Source: Pavona decussata (lineage: Eukaryota). From it: a stretch of 64,000 nt of DNA. The stretch is from contig CDRNST010000072.1 of assembly GCA_977016875.1 (NCBI GenBank), positions 372,001 through 436,000 on the forward strand, in the 5' to 3' direction. The position numbers and the translations under genes were made by a program. The notes below the pieces were generated by a model. It saw nothing but the letters and a program-made list of their open reading frames with translations. It searched no databases and was not told the origin of the DNA. Shown piece after piece: positions 1-13,254 of the stretch. Numbering within the stretch: position 1 is the stretch's first letter; each line of letters opens with the position of its first letter.

Positions 1-575
1 TGGCGCGTCTGATTTGCCACTCTGTCAACTTGGCGTAAGGTTCATGGATCTTCTGAATCTTCTTGACTGGATATCGATATGCATATAGGCTCAGAATCTG
101 GGTCTTTACGTTTCTCGTCGTAGCATTGCTATAGGCCTGTATTAGTGGTATAAGTTCTCCATAGTTGGTCTCTTTATCTGGTGAGAAACAGGATTGAAAT
201 AGCTCCTGTCCAGCCTTTGGTGCTATGACGTCGCACACGAGACTACAGGCTTCAGTGGCCTTATCAATGCACACTTCTTTCTCGTCTTCCCTTGCCTCAT
301 CCCATGTGGTCTTCAGCTGGGACGTTAAGGGACTGACCTGACCAGCATTGGTTGCCACTTGGTTCAGATTCTCCATAGCAGCATTGAACGCTGATATTGC
401 CGACTCGCCAGCACTTTCAGCTACCTCGTCGTCTTCGGAGCTCTGACTGTTCGAACCGGGTCTATACTCTAAAGTCCACTCAGCTGTGCAGGCAGCTTCG
501 TTTGGTCGAGCTGGTGTTATAGCAGGGGTTGACGTGACTAATGTAAGATTCATGGCTGCGATACGTTTAGCGAGT
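1..575 (-). pseudogene. Exon of the putative Sola3 transposase, open to the window edge and absent from the ORF track
   Basis: Manual translation gives ...IQAYSNATTRNVKTQILSLYAYRYPVKKIQKIHEPYAKLTEWQIRRA. A polypyrimidine tract and CAG acceptor precede it at 576-600. The upstream Cys/His-rich piece (2050-2435) has an in-frame stop at 2178-2180. Confidence 0.5.
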
Positions 576-3550
576 CTGAGGGAGTAGTAAAAAAAAAAAT
601 TATAACCTATCTTCACTTATTGATCCATTGTAAGGTTTTATCCCAGACCGTGACCACTATAAACAACATTATACTCCCCTGTAAATAACCTCAAAATAAA
701 TACTGCTGTTTTATTAACAACCGCTAAGAAGAAATAAACTTCGAAAGAAAGTCTTGTTCGCAAGCGTTTTCCATAATAGCAAATACAGGTTACTTAGTAA
801 TATGATAAATTGGCTTCATTCATACGAGCAAACATCACCTTGAAGGCTCATCCTTCTGTTCATCACTTTCCTGGGCCAGCTGCTGCCCCTGAATCCAAGC
901 CATATTTTCATCAAGCTTGATTTTGTGTAGGTTAGAGCAAGATACACAAATCACTGAAAAGCACAGTAAAAAATAAGCAATACAGCGCTAGGAAAGAAAT
1001 GAAAATCGAAACTTATTGAGGAACGTAACACAAACCAAACAAAGAAGATAGGCACGCAATGTATTCAGAAATGATTACATTTTCAGACATGAGTTTTGTC
1101 GTAATTTTAGGCTATGGGACAAATTCCGAAGAACGCTACCTTATTATGCATCCGAGTATTGAAATGAACAGTATAGGCTAACCGCCTACCCCAGTTCACC
1201 GTATGTCAACCCGACGTTCTCTCCAAAGATGTATACTGCATTTGAAAATTTGAACTTTGCAACGCAGTAAATTAAAGAAATCTCTGTTCAATCAATTGCA
1301 CTACCCTGCATATTTTATAAACAAAATCCATAGTCCACAGTCCACAGTCCGGATTCCTAATTATAACCTAATAAACTAGCAGATGGAACCTGTTTTTGTA
1401 ACATTGCTGGCTGCCAGGGCTCGAAATTGCGACTGATAAGTTGCGGCTAAAGATTTGCAGTAGTTGCCATTTGGGGACTATTTGATAGCCAAAGTTCATT
1501 TTGAACAGGAACAAATTCCTATTTCATGTTGCGTGATACAAGATTAGCGCGTAATTTAGCCATATGAAACAGCGATTTGTTGGAATGAAATGTTTCCAAT
1601 CAGAACAATTTCCTTTGTAAAAAGGCGCTTTATTTTTGTCTTCTTTTAATATAATTATGTAGTGTAAATGTAAGAAAATTCCACAACTTCTGCGAAATTA
1701 AACATGCCACGAAACAAGGTCCGATTTATGCAAATTTCGTGCAAAAGTGTAATTCGATATCATGTTTGTTTTCATGACCACAGAACTTTTGTCGCGAAAG
1801 GTGGCTTGTTTCTTTCTCTTTTCTTTCTTTTTTTTTACTTTCGAGCCTTGTCAACTTGCCCGTAAATATTTCCACAGTTTGTTATGAAAACAAAATAATT
1901 ATTACAAAGTTAGGTATATCTCTTGCTTCTTGGAAACAAATTTTGCCACCGTAGCAATTTCATTCCTGCGCGCATACTAAGGAAACATTTGGGGAAATAT
2001 GTTGCAACAAAAATTTTCATCGTTTGCGGCGGAGATTGACTTACAGGATCCTACTGGGACTTGTTTTCCGTAGATAGTGTTGATTTCCTTTGACATAAAA
2101 GGGTTAACCGCATTTCTGGTCCTGAGTTTCTTTTTTCTGCAGGAATGCAGTGGGTACTGACAGGTGCGACGCGGCCGTCACTTTCTCCCCATGTCACGTC
2201 TGTGCTTCTCAGAGATCCATAGCTGCTGAAGCTGATCTGAAGAAAGGTCGTGAGGCAGTCCCGACCTATTGATGATAAGCTCATATTCTTGCAAGGTTCC
2301 TTGAATCTGACTGAGGTGCCATGCTTGTAACTGGTCATCGATATTACTTCTGCACTCAGACAGCTTTATCAACTTGACAGCGGAATCACTGCACACTGAC
2401 TCCCCTCTGGTCTCAAATAAGCATTTGCATTCCATTTAAGTAACAGAAAAAGCCAAACGTGCTAAGTAATAAAAAACTAAAAGAACTTTCATCTGAATTA
2501 CAGTGGAATTACACCTGTACTTTACAAAGCTTTCATCGAAAACGATGTGTTGTCCGCGATACATCTGGATAGCGGAACTCTGTAGAAACCGCATCACGGA
2601 AGAGGTCGATCTTTCGGTGATCAACATGGGAGTTATTTCTCAATATTTCGTCGAAATTGAAGCCAAATTTCAATTTTCTTTCTAAACAGCAGAGCAGTAT
2701 AGTTCATTTTTCGACTCTCCAAGAAATCTGACCTCTTGCTGCCCTTAGCTGAAGTCTTTAGAAGATATATATCGAGAGATCGAACTGTGGTCCGTTGACA
2801 AGCGACCCGATGGAGGTTGTTCTAAAGTTTTGAAAACTACAGCTGCCTATTTACTGGATCTTTTATGGAATTCAAACATCTGAGGGATTAGAAAATGGGG
2901 GAATTCGGAAATTATCTCCAGTTGCGAAGCAGGTAAGTGATGTCTATGACAAAATCTGCTTGTGATTAGGGAATTTGACAGTAGGCGGAAGTACCGTGAA
3001 TGCTCGCACATGGGCTGATACAAACGGTCATAACTTTTAAAATACTGAAATCGTACAGGGGTTTTTGCATAGTTTTGCCACTAAATGACTATACTTTACG
3101 GCTGTATAAGCTAGAGCTTTCAGCTAGGTCCCAAATTTTAAAAATTAGCTTCTAAACTAAGGCCATTTCCAGCCTTCGTTCGATGACCAATATAGGGGTC
3201 CATAATACGCATAATTTCGCCTTTCTATCTGCACTAAGAGAAAAATTGTTGCTGTATTAGAAAACTAGAAAGGTTTATGAGCAATTTGATGTAAAATGTG
3301 TGGTTAGTTGTTGCGAATGAAATATTTTACAGGGCTACAAAATGTGCCTAATTTTCAATTTTCGGGATGTCACTTTCGCCCCAGACGGGGCAAAATTTTT
3401 AACGGCTCACAGCGCAAGCACAAGATCATTTTGAATCAAACCAAACCTGCTTCTTTCTTGACTTGGTGTAGGCTTTCATTTGCCAGAGTTTCAGGCAAGA
3501 TTGATTTTGATGCGAAATTCGAGTGGGTGGTTATAAAAAAAGACACCCTC
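1..3550 (-). mobile_element. Sola3-like DNA transposon, one end visible, continues beyond the window start
   Basis: On the minus strand the terminus reads TTAA|GAGGGTGTC (TTAA at 3551-3554); a TTAA target with GAG termini matches Sola3. Interrupted minus-strand coding pieces lie at about 2050-2435, 840-953 and 1-575. The other end is not visible. Confidence 0.55.
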
Positions 3551-3692
3551 TTAAGGTAAATTTGGCGTTGAGAAATTTGTGGTAACCCTTCAACGAAAAA
3601 AAATTAATTGGCTATTCCAATTATTCAACAAGTTGCATTTATTCTTTGTCGAAACGGTTAAATCATTTTTTTGTCCTTTCTTATTTTTTTAG

Positions 3693-3815
3693 ATATTGAT
3701 AAATGCACTAAAGGCATCCACGACTGCAGCAAAAATGCATTCTGCCTGAATACACATAGATCCTTTAATTGCATCTGTAACCCAGGGTTCACTGGTGACG
3801 GACGCTCATGTTCAG
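3693..3815 (+). CDS. Calcium-binding EGF exon, copy 1 (123 bp, phase 1-1)
   Basis: TTTTTAG acceptor and GTAAG donor; [41 protein letters not shown], 6 Cys; differs from the other copies by E>K and G>R. Confidence 0.85.
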
Positions 3816-3837
3816 GTAAGACTTTGGTAGTCTCTTT

Positions 3838-4468
3838 TTAGCCATGCGCGTTAAATACAGGATTGGATCCCAGAAGGGTTTGGCATACACAAACAAGATT
3901 AACATTGTACGTGTCGTGCAAAATGGTTACTAACCCCTCAATAGCAGAACCCACTACTAAAAGATCAAGCCGGGAAAGATCGTTGGTTCCCAGCTGTAAG
4001 ATAACTATGTCTGGCGCGAATGAAGCGACCACGGGGAGGTCGTATTGCATCGTTTTGGCCACAGTTCTACCCCCAACACCATGCCATTTGAATGTAGCAA
4101 GGGCAGTCAACAAGAATTGATGGTTAAGGTTGGGGTTTGCGGCAACAAAGTATTCTAAACGCCTAATGAATGAATGCCCCAGTATTAAAATCTTAGGATG
4201 AGCCATGCTAATACTAACCAAAAATAACTGCTACAACTTGCCTGAAAAATTGTTTTCGCCAGGAGATATACTCGCTGTGATGGTGAAAGCAATAGGGAAT
4301 TCTTGCCAATGCGACCAGTCCTTTATACTAGCGGACAAATTAGGCTCTCCCACATGATTGGCTGTTATGTCACATGACAGACCACCATCGGATTAACAAA
4401 TATGTGCCTAGACTACAATTGGTCAATGTATCGACATAAATAACATCATGCGTTTACATGATGTTTGG
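3838..4468 (-). mobile_element. Ngaro-type YR retroelement copy A (5' end plus truncated SGNH ORF)
   Basis: Near-identical to about 12415-13042; ORF 3838..4221 is the N-terminal part of the SGNH hydrolase. Confidence 0.85.
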
Positions 4469-4557
4469 TTAATTGGCTATTCCAATTATTAAACAAGTTG
4501 CATTTATTCTTTGTCGAAACGGTTAAATCACTTTTTTGTCCTTTCTTATTTTTTTAG

Positions 4558-4680
4558 ATATTGATGAATGCACTAAAGGCATCCACGACTGCAGCAAAAA
4601 TGCATTCTGCCTGAATACCCATGGATCCTTTAATTGCATCTGTAACCCAGGGTTCACTGGTGACGGACGCTCATGTTCAG
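4558..4680 (+). CDS. Calcium-binding EGF exon, copy 2
   Basis: AG/GT boundaries, 123 bp, [41 protein letters not shown]. Confidence 0.88.
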
Positions 4681-5036
4681 GTAAGACTTTGGTAGTTTCT
4701 TTTTGGTCTTTGTTTTTTGCCAGGTTTTAATCCCCTGGTTAAATCGCAAAATGCAGCAATTTTTGGCCGAATTTAACGATCACGTAAAGTAAGAAAGTAG
4801 ATAACCTGAGGAAAAATATATTTAAAAAAGTTAGGTTGTATTCGAAGTGTAACAATTTTTTACGCTTAATTTCACGTTGAGAAACTGTGTGAACCGATCT
4901 TGGGTAATGTCTTCTAATAAGGCTTTAAATTTATTTCACGTAATGGTAATTAATGGCTAATAAAACATGCTTTTATTTTTCGTTACCTATTTTTTCATAC
5001 TATGACTGAATGACTAGTGTAAACGTATAATACAAA

Positions 5037-8000
5037 TATGAAAAGAGCTAATTGGGGAGAAGATAATGGTAGCTGGGGGGTTGATGACCCACAAAAACGT
5101 TCATAAAAAATTTCAAACGACCCCCATGCTCTCTGGTACGATTTTTTGGTGCCGGCCGTTAGAGCTGAGCCTAATAAATCCCTCAAGTGAGTGACCAACT
5201 CTCCGGTAGAAGGTTCGCTGGTACTGTTGTTGGGAATTCGTCTGCCTCTGGCGCTAGTTCCTTGAAGTTGTCTACCTGAAATCGGGAGAGGTAATCGGCT
5301 TGGCTGTTCTGCAAGCCAGGAACATGCCGAGCACGAAATAAAATATTATAACGTAGGCAACTAAGAACCAGGTCACGTAGAAGAACCATTACTGACTTAT
5401 GCTTAGATGTTTGCTTGCTGATAATGTCCACGAGGGCAGCATTATCGGTTAAAAATAGCACGCAGCGGTTAGCCATGCTAGTCCCCCAAATGTGGACAGC
5501 AATAACAATGGGAAAAAACTCGAGGAAAGTAATGTTGAAACTGTGCCATTTGTCAGGAAAAGCGCCGCCAAACCAGTGCTTTCCAAATATCGCACCATAA
5601 CCTTTTGATGCCGCAGCATCCGTATATAATTTAAGTGTAGAAGAATTGTCCCAGCGATCTGACGAAAAAAATGCCCTGCCATTAAAATTATCTAGAAAGT
5701 CTAACCACATGCGTATATCAAGTTTAGCTTCTCTGTTTAAACGGATGTGGTGATGAGGGCGTGTCAGACCGGTGGTAAGGTCAATTAAGCGGCGTAAAAA
5801 TGCACGGCCTGGGATGACAACTGAACAACAAAAATTCAACGGGCCGATTAAAGATTGCAGCTCGCGCAGAGTAACGGAGCGCTTCTTATAAAATTGATGA
5901 AGTAAGGTGCGACATTTGGTAAGATTGTCTAGCGGCAATAAAGTGGTACCTGGTCCCACTGTTTTCTCTTCAGCATTGGGACTCCGGGGAATTTGCACAT
6001 ATCGAGAAAATGGTGTAGATCTTTGCTGCATTGATCTTTATTAGGTGCAATAAACAAAAAATCGTCTAAAATATGTAAAACGGCAGAGACATGTAAGTCT
6101 TGCGTGGCAAGCCACTCCAAAGACGAACTGAATTTTTCGAAAATAGCACAGCTTGACTTCAAACCCATTGCTAGACACCGATCAAAATAATATTCATCGC
6201 CCATTTGATACCGAGTAAAGGGTACTCCAACGGGTGAACAGGAATAATACGGACTGTGGACTTAATATCCGTTTTAGCCAAAAAACAACCGGCCCCGAAA
6301 ATTTTTAGAATAGAAATGGCATCGCTAATTGTAGCATAATGAACTGATGAGCATTCATCGGGGTTGAATGAGCAACTTGACGGTCTGCTGTGGGGTGGCT
6401 GTCAGAGACATTCGCTAGGGGCTGCATGGCCAAGGCATCTTTAACGGCTGCAGAAACAGCAGCGGTAATCGTGGAGGTGAGCGCTTGAAGATTCAACTGG
6501 ACCATCCCCGAGCCTTGAGGAGGCTGGACTGGAGGAGGTTGAACTTGTAGCATGGTAGCTGGCTCGGCCACTTGCAGATCAGATGCAGGTAACGGGCGAA
6601 GACGCTTAGCACGTCTTGCAGGGCCAGCAGAACGCTTCTTAGGTGGCATGATGCAGCGAGAAGAAATAAACTAAACAATAGCGGATGTTAGCGGATAGCC
6701 CTAACCCACATACTTATATTGCCCCTGTCTATTTAGGTGCACACCATCACGAGCGAGAAATCTCTGGAAAGAATTCCAAAAACCCCGATGACCCCAGAAA
6801 AAGGAATAAGGGAGTGCCTCCAGGAACGTCTTAACATATCTGTTAAGCGCGCGGACACGCGCGTTAAATACAGGATTGGATCCCAGAAGGGTTTGGCATA
6901 CACAAACAAGCTTAACATTGTACGTGTCGTGCAAAATGGTTACTAGCTCCTCAATAGCAGAACCCACCACTAAAAGATCAAGCCGGGAAAGATCGTTGGT
7001 TCCCAGCTGTAAGATAACTATGTCTGGCGCGAATGAAGCGACCACGGGGAGGTCGTATTGCATCGTTTTGGCCACAGTTCTACCCCCAACACCATGCCAT
7101 TTGAATGTAGCAAGGGCAGTCAACAAGAATTGATGGTTAAGGTTGGGGTTTGCGGCAACAAAGTATTCTAAACGCCTGTTGAGGCCTCAAATGTAATAAA
7201 TGTCCCTAAATGTAATAAAGGTCCTAAGTGTAATAATTTTCGGCCCTAAATGTAATAAAGGTCCTAAGTGTAATAACTTTAAGCCCTAAATGTAATAAAG
7301 CTCTCGAATGTAATATATGTTCTGCTTCATATGAAATCACAGTGATAAATATGTAAGATTTAACTGCATTTTGATTTATTATACAAAAGCAAGAAGGCCG
7401 AAATGTGTCTAGGGGATCCCGATTACATTTTACCTTGAATACTCAGAACCCACTGAAATAGAAGCCTTACGTCAAGTGTCACATATGCCACTTTAATCTG
7501 CAGGTCCTATTCTACAGGGGCCAACAGTGACGGCAGAAATAGTAAATTTTAACTTAGGCCTTTTTAATGTAAATGTTTCACCTTGTGATCTTTTTAAGTA
7601 CACAACGAATGGATGCGAAAAATGTCACAGTACGGGAACTTGAGTGTTAACTGTACCGCGCTTGAACAGTGGCGAAACTGTCAATAAACCGCCTCCAATA
7701 GCCTGTTAGCTTGAGATGAAGTCTGCTTTATGTATGTCTTTAATTTTTTCTGTCGAGTCTTTCTGTTTGTGGCTAAAAGTTTTACATTCAAAAAGTGTTT
7801 TTGACTTCATTTCTCTACTTTTCTTCAAAGCAGGATTCGTAAGGGCATAGAAAAATCGCTTGTGGAATTTGAGAATGTAATATTATAGGCCTGGAAAATC
7901 GTGCATCTGGGCGGATCATGAGAAGTCATTAAAAGTAATATCCCTGCTACAAAATCAAAGTAAGGAAGTTATTAAAACAGTTTATTAGAGATTTTCCATA

Positions 8001-8843
8001 TAAGCTTCAGTACTATTTTTGATAAATGAATGACAGAATAGTCTGCCAAAATGAGCTTCCAAATGCTACAATCTAATTCAACTTAAAAATTTGACTGTTT
8101 AGATACAAATCACTATTTGCAAAAGCTTTAAAGGTACGCGGAAATTAACACAATTTTTTCGAAAATTTGCATTAACTTTCTATTATTTGAGCACGATGAA
8201 GCAAGATCGTTTTAAGTTGTATGCTGCTACCATAAGACATTGAAAAAATAAATTCAAGCAAAAATTAGCAAAGGAAGGGGAATTTTGGCCATTTGCCTGA
8301 CTGATGACGCCATCACTATTCAATCATCAAAGACATGAGGTCAAACCGTGATGGGACTCAGTCAATGACCTTTATTACATTTAAGGCCAAAAGGTTTTAC
8401 ACTTAGGACCTTTATTACATTTAGGGCCGAAAGTTATTACACTTAGGACCTTTATTACATTTAGGGCCGAAAGTTATTACACTTAGGACCTTTATTACAT
8501 TTAGGGACATTTATTACATTTGAGGCCGCAACAACGCCTAATGAATGAATGCCCCAGTATTAAAATCTGAGGATGAGCCATGCTAATACTAACCAAAAAT
8601 AACTGCTACAACTTGCCTAAAAAATTGTTTTCGCCAGGAGATATACTCGCTGTGATGGTGAAAGCAATAGGGAATTCTTGCCAATGCGACCAGTCCTTTA
8701 TACTAGCGGACAAATTAGGCTCTCCCACATGATTGGCTGTTATGTCACATGACAGACCACCATCGGATTAACAAATATGTGCCTAGACTACAATTGGTCA
8801 ATGTATCGACATAAATAACATCATGCGTTTACATGATGTTTGG
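5037..8843 (-). mobile_element. Ngaro-type YR retroelement copy B, internally deleted and interrupted by a MITE
   Basis: SGNH (6701-7176 and 8534-8596), gag N-terminus (6305-6649), RT/RNaseH pieces (5183-6300, LHILDDFL, LYTDAA) and YR N-terminus (5037-5198). Deletions relative to copy C near 5938 and 6365. Confidence 0.88.
7177..8533. mobile_element. Non-autonomous TIR element with TGT...ACA ends (Ginger-like)
   Basis: Ends TGTTGAGGCCTCAAATGTAATAAA / TTTATTACATTTGAGGCCGCAACA. 5-bp TSD ACGCC, confirmed by the empty sites in copies A and C. Subterminal repeats of TGTAATAA occur in both TIRs. Confidence 0.8.
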
Positions 8844-8932
8844 TTAATTGGCTATTCCAATTATTAAACAAGTTGCATTTATTCTTTGTCGAAACGGTTA
8901 AATCACTTTTTTGTCCTTTCTTATTTTTTTAG

Positions 8933-9055
8933 ATATTGATGAATGCACTAAAGGCATCCACGACTGCAGCAAAAATGCATTCTGCCTGAATACCCATGGA
9001 TCCTTTAATTGCATCTGTAACCCAGGGTTCACTGGTGACGGACGCTCATGTTCAG
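8933..9055 (+). CDS. Calcium-binding EGF exon, copy 3
   Basis: Same peptide and splice sites as copy 2. Confidence 0.88.
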
Positions 9056-9411
9056 GTAAGACTTTGGTAGTCTCTTTTTGGTCTTTGTTTTTTGCCAGGT
9101 TTTAATCCCCTGGTTAAATCGCAAAATGCAGCAATTTTTGGCCGAATTTAACGATCACGTAAAGTAAGAAAGTAGATAACCTGAGGAAAAATATATTTAA
9201 AAAAGTTAGGTTGTATTCGAAGTGTAACAATTTTTTACGCTTAATTTCACGTTGAGAAACTGTGTGAACCGATCTTGGGTTATGTCTTCTAATAAGGCTT
9301 TAAATTTATTTCACGTAATGGTAATCGATGGCTAATAAAACATGCTTTAATTTTTCGTTACCTATTTCTTCATACTATGACTGAATGACTAGTATAAATG
9401 TATAATACAAA

Positions 9412-9573
9412 TATGAAAAGAGCTAACTGGGGAGAAGATAATGGTAGCTGGGGGGTTGATGACCCACAAAAACGTTCATAAAAAATTTCAAACGACCCCC
9501 ATGCTCTCTGGTACGATTTTTTGGTGCCGGCCGTTAGAGCTGAGCCTAATAAATCCCTCAAGTGAGTGACCAA
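9412..9573 (-). pseudogene. N-terminus of tyrosine recombinase, truncated
   Basis: MVTHLRDLLGSALTAGTKKSYQRAW...LALFI overlaps the RT/RH stop as is typical of DIRS/Ngaro; the catalytic domain is absent. Confidence 0.7.
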
Positions 9574-11130
9574 CTCTCCGGTAGAAGGTTCGCTGGTACT
9601 GTTGTTGGGAATTCGTCTGCCTCTGGCGCTAGTTCCTTGAAGTTGTCTACCTGAAATCGGGAGAGGTAATCGGCTTGGCTGTTCTGCAAGCCAGGAACAT
9701 GCCGAGCACGAAATAAAATATTATAACGTAGGCAACTAAGAACCAGGTCACGTAGAAGAACCATTACTGACTTATGCTTAGATGTTTGCTTGCTGATAAT
9801 GTCCACGAGGGCAGCATTATCGGTTAAAAATAGCACGCAGCGGTTAGCCATGCTAGTCCCCCAAATGTGGACAGCAATAACAATGGGAAAAAACTCGAGG
9901 AAAGTAATGTTGAAACTGTGCCATTTGTCAGGAAAAGCGCCGCCAAACCAGTGCTTTCCAAATATCGCACCATAACCTTTTGATGCCGCAGCATCCGTAT
10001 ATAATTTAAGTGTAGAAGAATTGTCCCAGCGATCTGACGAAAAAAATGCCCTGCCATTAAAATTATCTAGAAAGTCTAACCACATGCGTATATCAAGTTT
10101 AGCTTCTCTGTTTAAACGGATGTGGTGATGAGGGCGTGTCAGACCGGTGGTAAGGTCAATTAAGCGGCGTAAAAATGCACGGCCTGGGATGACAACTGAA
10201 CAACAAAAATTCAACGGGCCGATTAAAGATTGCAGCTCGCGCAGAGTAACGGAGCGCTTCTTATAAAATTGATGAAGTAAGGTGCGACATTTGGTAAGAT
10301 TGTCTAGCGGCAACCTGGCCTCCTGATGCACAGAATGAAGCTCTATGCCAGCAAATTGTAAAGTGGTACCTGGTCCCACTGTTTTCTCTTCAGCAATTGG
10401 GACTCCGGGGAATTTGCACATATCGAGAAAATGGTGTAGATCTTTGCTGCATTGATCTTTATTAGGTGCAATAAACAAAAAATCGTCTAAAATATGTAAA
10501 ACGGCAGAGACATGTAAGTCTTGCGTGGCAAGCCACTCCAAAGACGAACTGAATTTTTCGAAAATAGCACAGCTTGACTTCAAACCCATTGCTAGACACC
10601 AATCAAAATAATATTCACTCGCCCATTTGATACCGAGTAAAGGGTACTCCAACGGGTGAACAGGAATAATACGGACTGTGGACTTAATATCTTTTTTAGC
10701 CAAAAAACAACCAGCCCCGAAGTTGTTTAGAATAGAAATGGCATCGCTAATTGTAGCATAATGAACTGATGAGCATTCATCGGGGATGGAATCGTTTACA
10801 GAAGAACCTTTGGGGTATGATAAATTCGTTAGGAGTTTTTTTGGGAACTAAGCCAATGGGTGAAGTGCGAAAAGTAGGATAAGGGGGAGCCTTGAAAGGT
10901 CCCACAACCCTACCAGCTTCGATTTCCTTCATTGATTTTCCTGAAACAACGTCCGGGCTCTGTAGCGCACTTTGTAAATTAGGATACTCAAAAGGAGATA
11001 ATTCGCCGATGTAAGAAATTCGAAAACCGCACCGAAAGCCATTAACTAAAAGGGTTTTAAGGGCTGGAGTATAACCGGCTAATAAAACCTCAAACCGGTC
11101 CGCTTTTACGGGCGTGACTGGTGGGCTGTC
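9558..11130 (-). pseudogene. Ngaro reverse transcriptase-RNase H, frameshifted near 10800; 381-aa open portion 9558..10703
   Basis: SPIGLVPKK, AKKDIKS, CLAMGLKSS, VLHILDDFL, LYTDAA, ITFLEFFPI, TDNAALV, HVPGLQNSQADYLSR. Confidence 0.9.
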
Positions 11131-12210
11131 CAACACTTGGAGTAATAACTGGCGATCCTGATTTGCCAACGTTGGAGCGCTGGTGGGTTGGTGAGACCTG
11201 ACATTGGCTTGCGGGATGTTTGGCATGCATTTAAAGCAAACATGCTCATATTGACATCCCCTACATTGCCTTCCAGCGTGAAACGTCCAGCATGTCCCTT
11301 TTGGGAAATTGTTGTTGGAGGGACGAAAACGTACTCGTGGGTTTACCTTATCCGCACTGGCGGATGATTGAGGTTTGCCCCGAAAATTGGTCATTGCCCG
11401 CAGCCATAACTTCCAGTGGATCTGATCCCATGGGTAGCTTTCGGGGGAGGATTGCCTTAGGTAGTGAAACTGCTCGTCATAAAAAAGCCAGTCCGCCGAT
11501 TTCTGAGACAGATCACGCACCACTTTACAATATTTCATTAGTTTTGGGGCGTCGTCAGAAGCCTTCTCTGAATAAATGGTTACAAAAGTGTTAAAGGCAG
11601 TAAGTCACTGCTGTATATTGGTCACTTTTTTCGGCGTGTGAGAAGGCTCAAGTGTTAGCTGGGGTTGACCCGAGGCACCCGCAGTGGAGGTCATAGAAAG
11701 GAAATACTTTTCACGGGGGGGAGCTACTGACAATAACGCCCCAAAATCTATGTATCCATGAGCCCAGATTTTGGCTTTGATTTTAGCACTAACTCTAGCA
11801 CCTAAATTCATACCGATACTGGTAAATAGCTGACGGGGTTGATCTCCAGCACCGAGGGTAGAAAGTTGTGGATCTGTGGACTGCGTACCTGCGAGTTCTG
11901 TAAGGTTGGTAACCTCTTCGTCTACCACATGAGCAACTTGACGGTCTGCTGTGGGGTGGCTGTCAGAGACATTCGCTAGGGACTGCATGGCCAAGGCATC
12001 TTTGACGGCTGCAGAAACAGCAGCGGTAATCGTGGAGGTGAGCGCTTGAAGATTCAACTGGACCGTCCCCGAGCCTTGAGGAGGCTGGACTGGAGGAGGT
12101 TGAACTTGTAGCATGGTAGCTGGCTCGGCCACTTGCAGATCAGATGCAGGTAACGGGCGAAGACGCTTAGCACGTCTTGCAGGGCCAGCAGAACGCTTCT
12201 TAGGTGGCAT
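11130..12210 (-). pseudogene. Ngaro gag-like ORF1 with premature stop at 11605
   Basis: ORFs 11605..12210 and 10777..11538; WLFYDEQF motif and terminal Cys/His finger. Confidence 0.75.
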
Positions 12211-12261
12211 GATGCAGCGAGAAGAAATAAACTAAACAATAACGGATGTTAGCGGATAGCC

Positions 12262-12795
12262 CTAACCCACATACTTATATTGCCCCTGTCTATTTAGGTG
12301 CACACCATTACGAGCGAGAAATCTCTGGAAAGAATTCCAAAAACCCCGATGACCCCAGAAAAAGGAATAAGGGAGTGCCTCCAGGAACGTCTTAACATAT
12401 CTGTTAAGCGCGCGGACACGCGCGTTAAATACAGGATTGGATCCCAGAAGGGTTTGGCATACACAAACAAGCTTAACATTGTACGTGTCGTGCAAAATGG
12501 TTACTAACTCCTCAATAGCAGAACCCACCACTAAAAGATCAAGCCGGGAAAGATCGTTGGTTCCCAGCTGTAAGATAACTATGTCTGGCGCGAATGAAGC
12601 GACCACGGGGAGGTCGTATTGCATCGTTTTGGCCACAGTTCTACCCCCAACACCATGCCATTTGAATGTAGCAAGGGCAGTCAACAAGAATTGATGGTTA
12701 AGGTTGGGGTTTGCGGCAACAAAGTATTCTAAACGCCTAATGAATGAATGCCCCAGTATTAAAATCTTAGGATGAGCCATGCTAATACTAACCAA
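12262..12795 (-). CDS. Element-encoded SGNH/GDSL hydrolase
   Basis: Blocks ILGHSF, GVGG, LGTNDL and NGVH (DGVH in copy B). Confidence 0.85.
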   Translation of the reverse strand: MVSISMAHPKILILGHSFIRRLEYFVAANPNLNHQFLLTALATFKWHGVGGRTVAKTMQYDLPVVASFAPDIVILQLGTNDLSRLDLLVVGSAIEELVTILHDTYNVKLVCVCQTLLGSNPVFNARVRALNRYVKTFLEALPYSFFWGHRGFWNSFQRFLARNGVHLNRQGQYKYVG

Positions 12796-13131
12796 AAATA
12801 ACTGCTACAACTTGCCTGAAAAATTGTTTTCGCCAGGAGATATACTCGCTGTGATGGTGAAAGCAATAGGGAATTCTTGCCAATGCGACCAGTCCTTTAT
12901 ACTAGCGGACAAATTAGGCTCTCCCACATGATTGGCTGTTATGTCACATGACAGACCACCATCGGATTAACAAATATGTGCCTAGACTACAATTGGTCAA
13001 TGTATCGACATAAATAACATCATGCGTTTACATGATGTTTGGTTAATTGGCTATTCCAATTATTAAACAAGTTGCATTTATTCTTTGTCGAAACGGTTAA
13101 ATCACTTTTTTGTCCTTTCTTATTTTTTTAG

Positions 13132-13254
13132 ATATTGATGAATGCACTAAAGGCATCCACGACTGCAGCAAAAATGCATTCTGCCTGAATACCCATGGAT
13201 CCTTTAATTGCATCTGTAACCCAGGGTTCACTGGTGACGGACGCTCATGTTCAG
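13132..13254 (+). CDS. Calcium-binding EGF exon, copy 4
   Basis: Same peptide and splice sites as copies 2-3; the downstream intron continues without Ngaro. Confidence 0.88.

Larger units (their letters stand above)
9412..13042 (-). mobile_element. Ngaro-type (DIRS group) YR retroelement copy C, the most complete, 3'-truncated within the recombinase
   Basis: Minus-strand order: SGNH, gag-like with C-terminal CCCH motif (CWTFHAGRQCRGCQYEHVCFKC), RT/RNaseH, start of YR. Boundaries defined by comparison with host-only sequence at 3601-3610 and 13605-13620. Confidence 0.9.

Noticed and set aside
7177-7315. Regularly spaced TGTAATAA repeats as CRISPR-like
   Set aside because: They are mirrored at 8370-8533 as part of a TIR, and the intervening sequences repeat rather than being unique.
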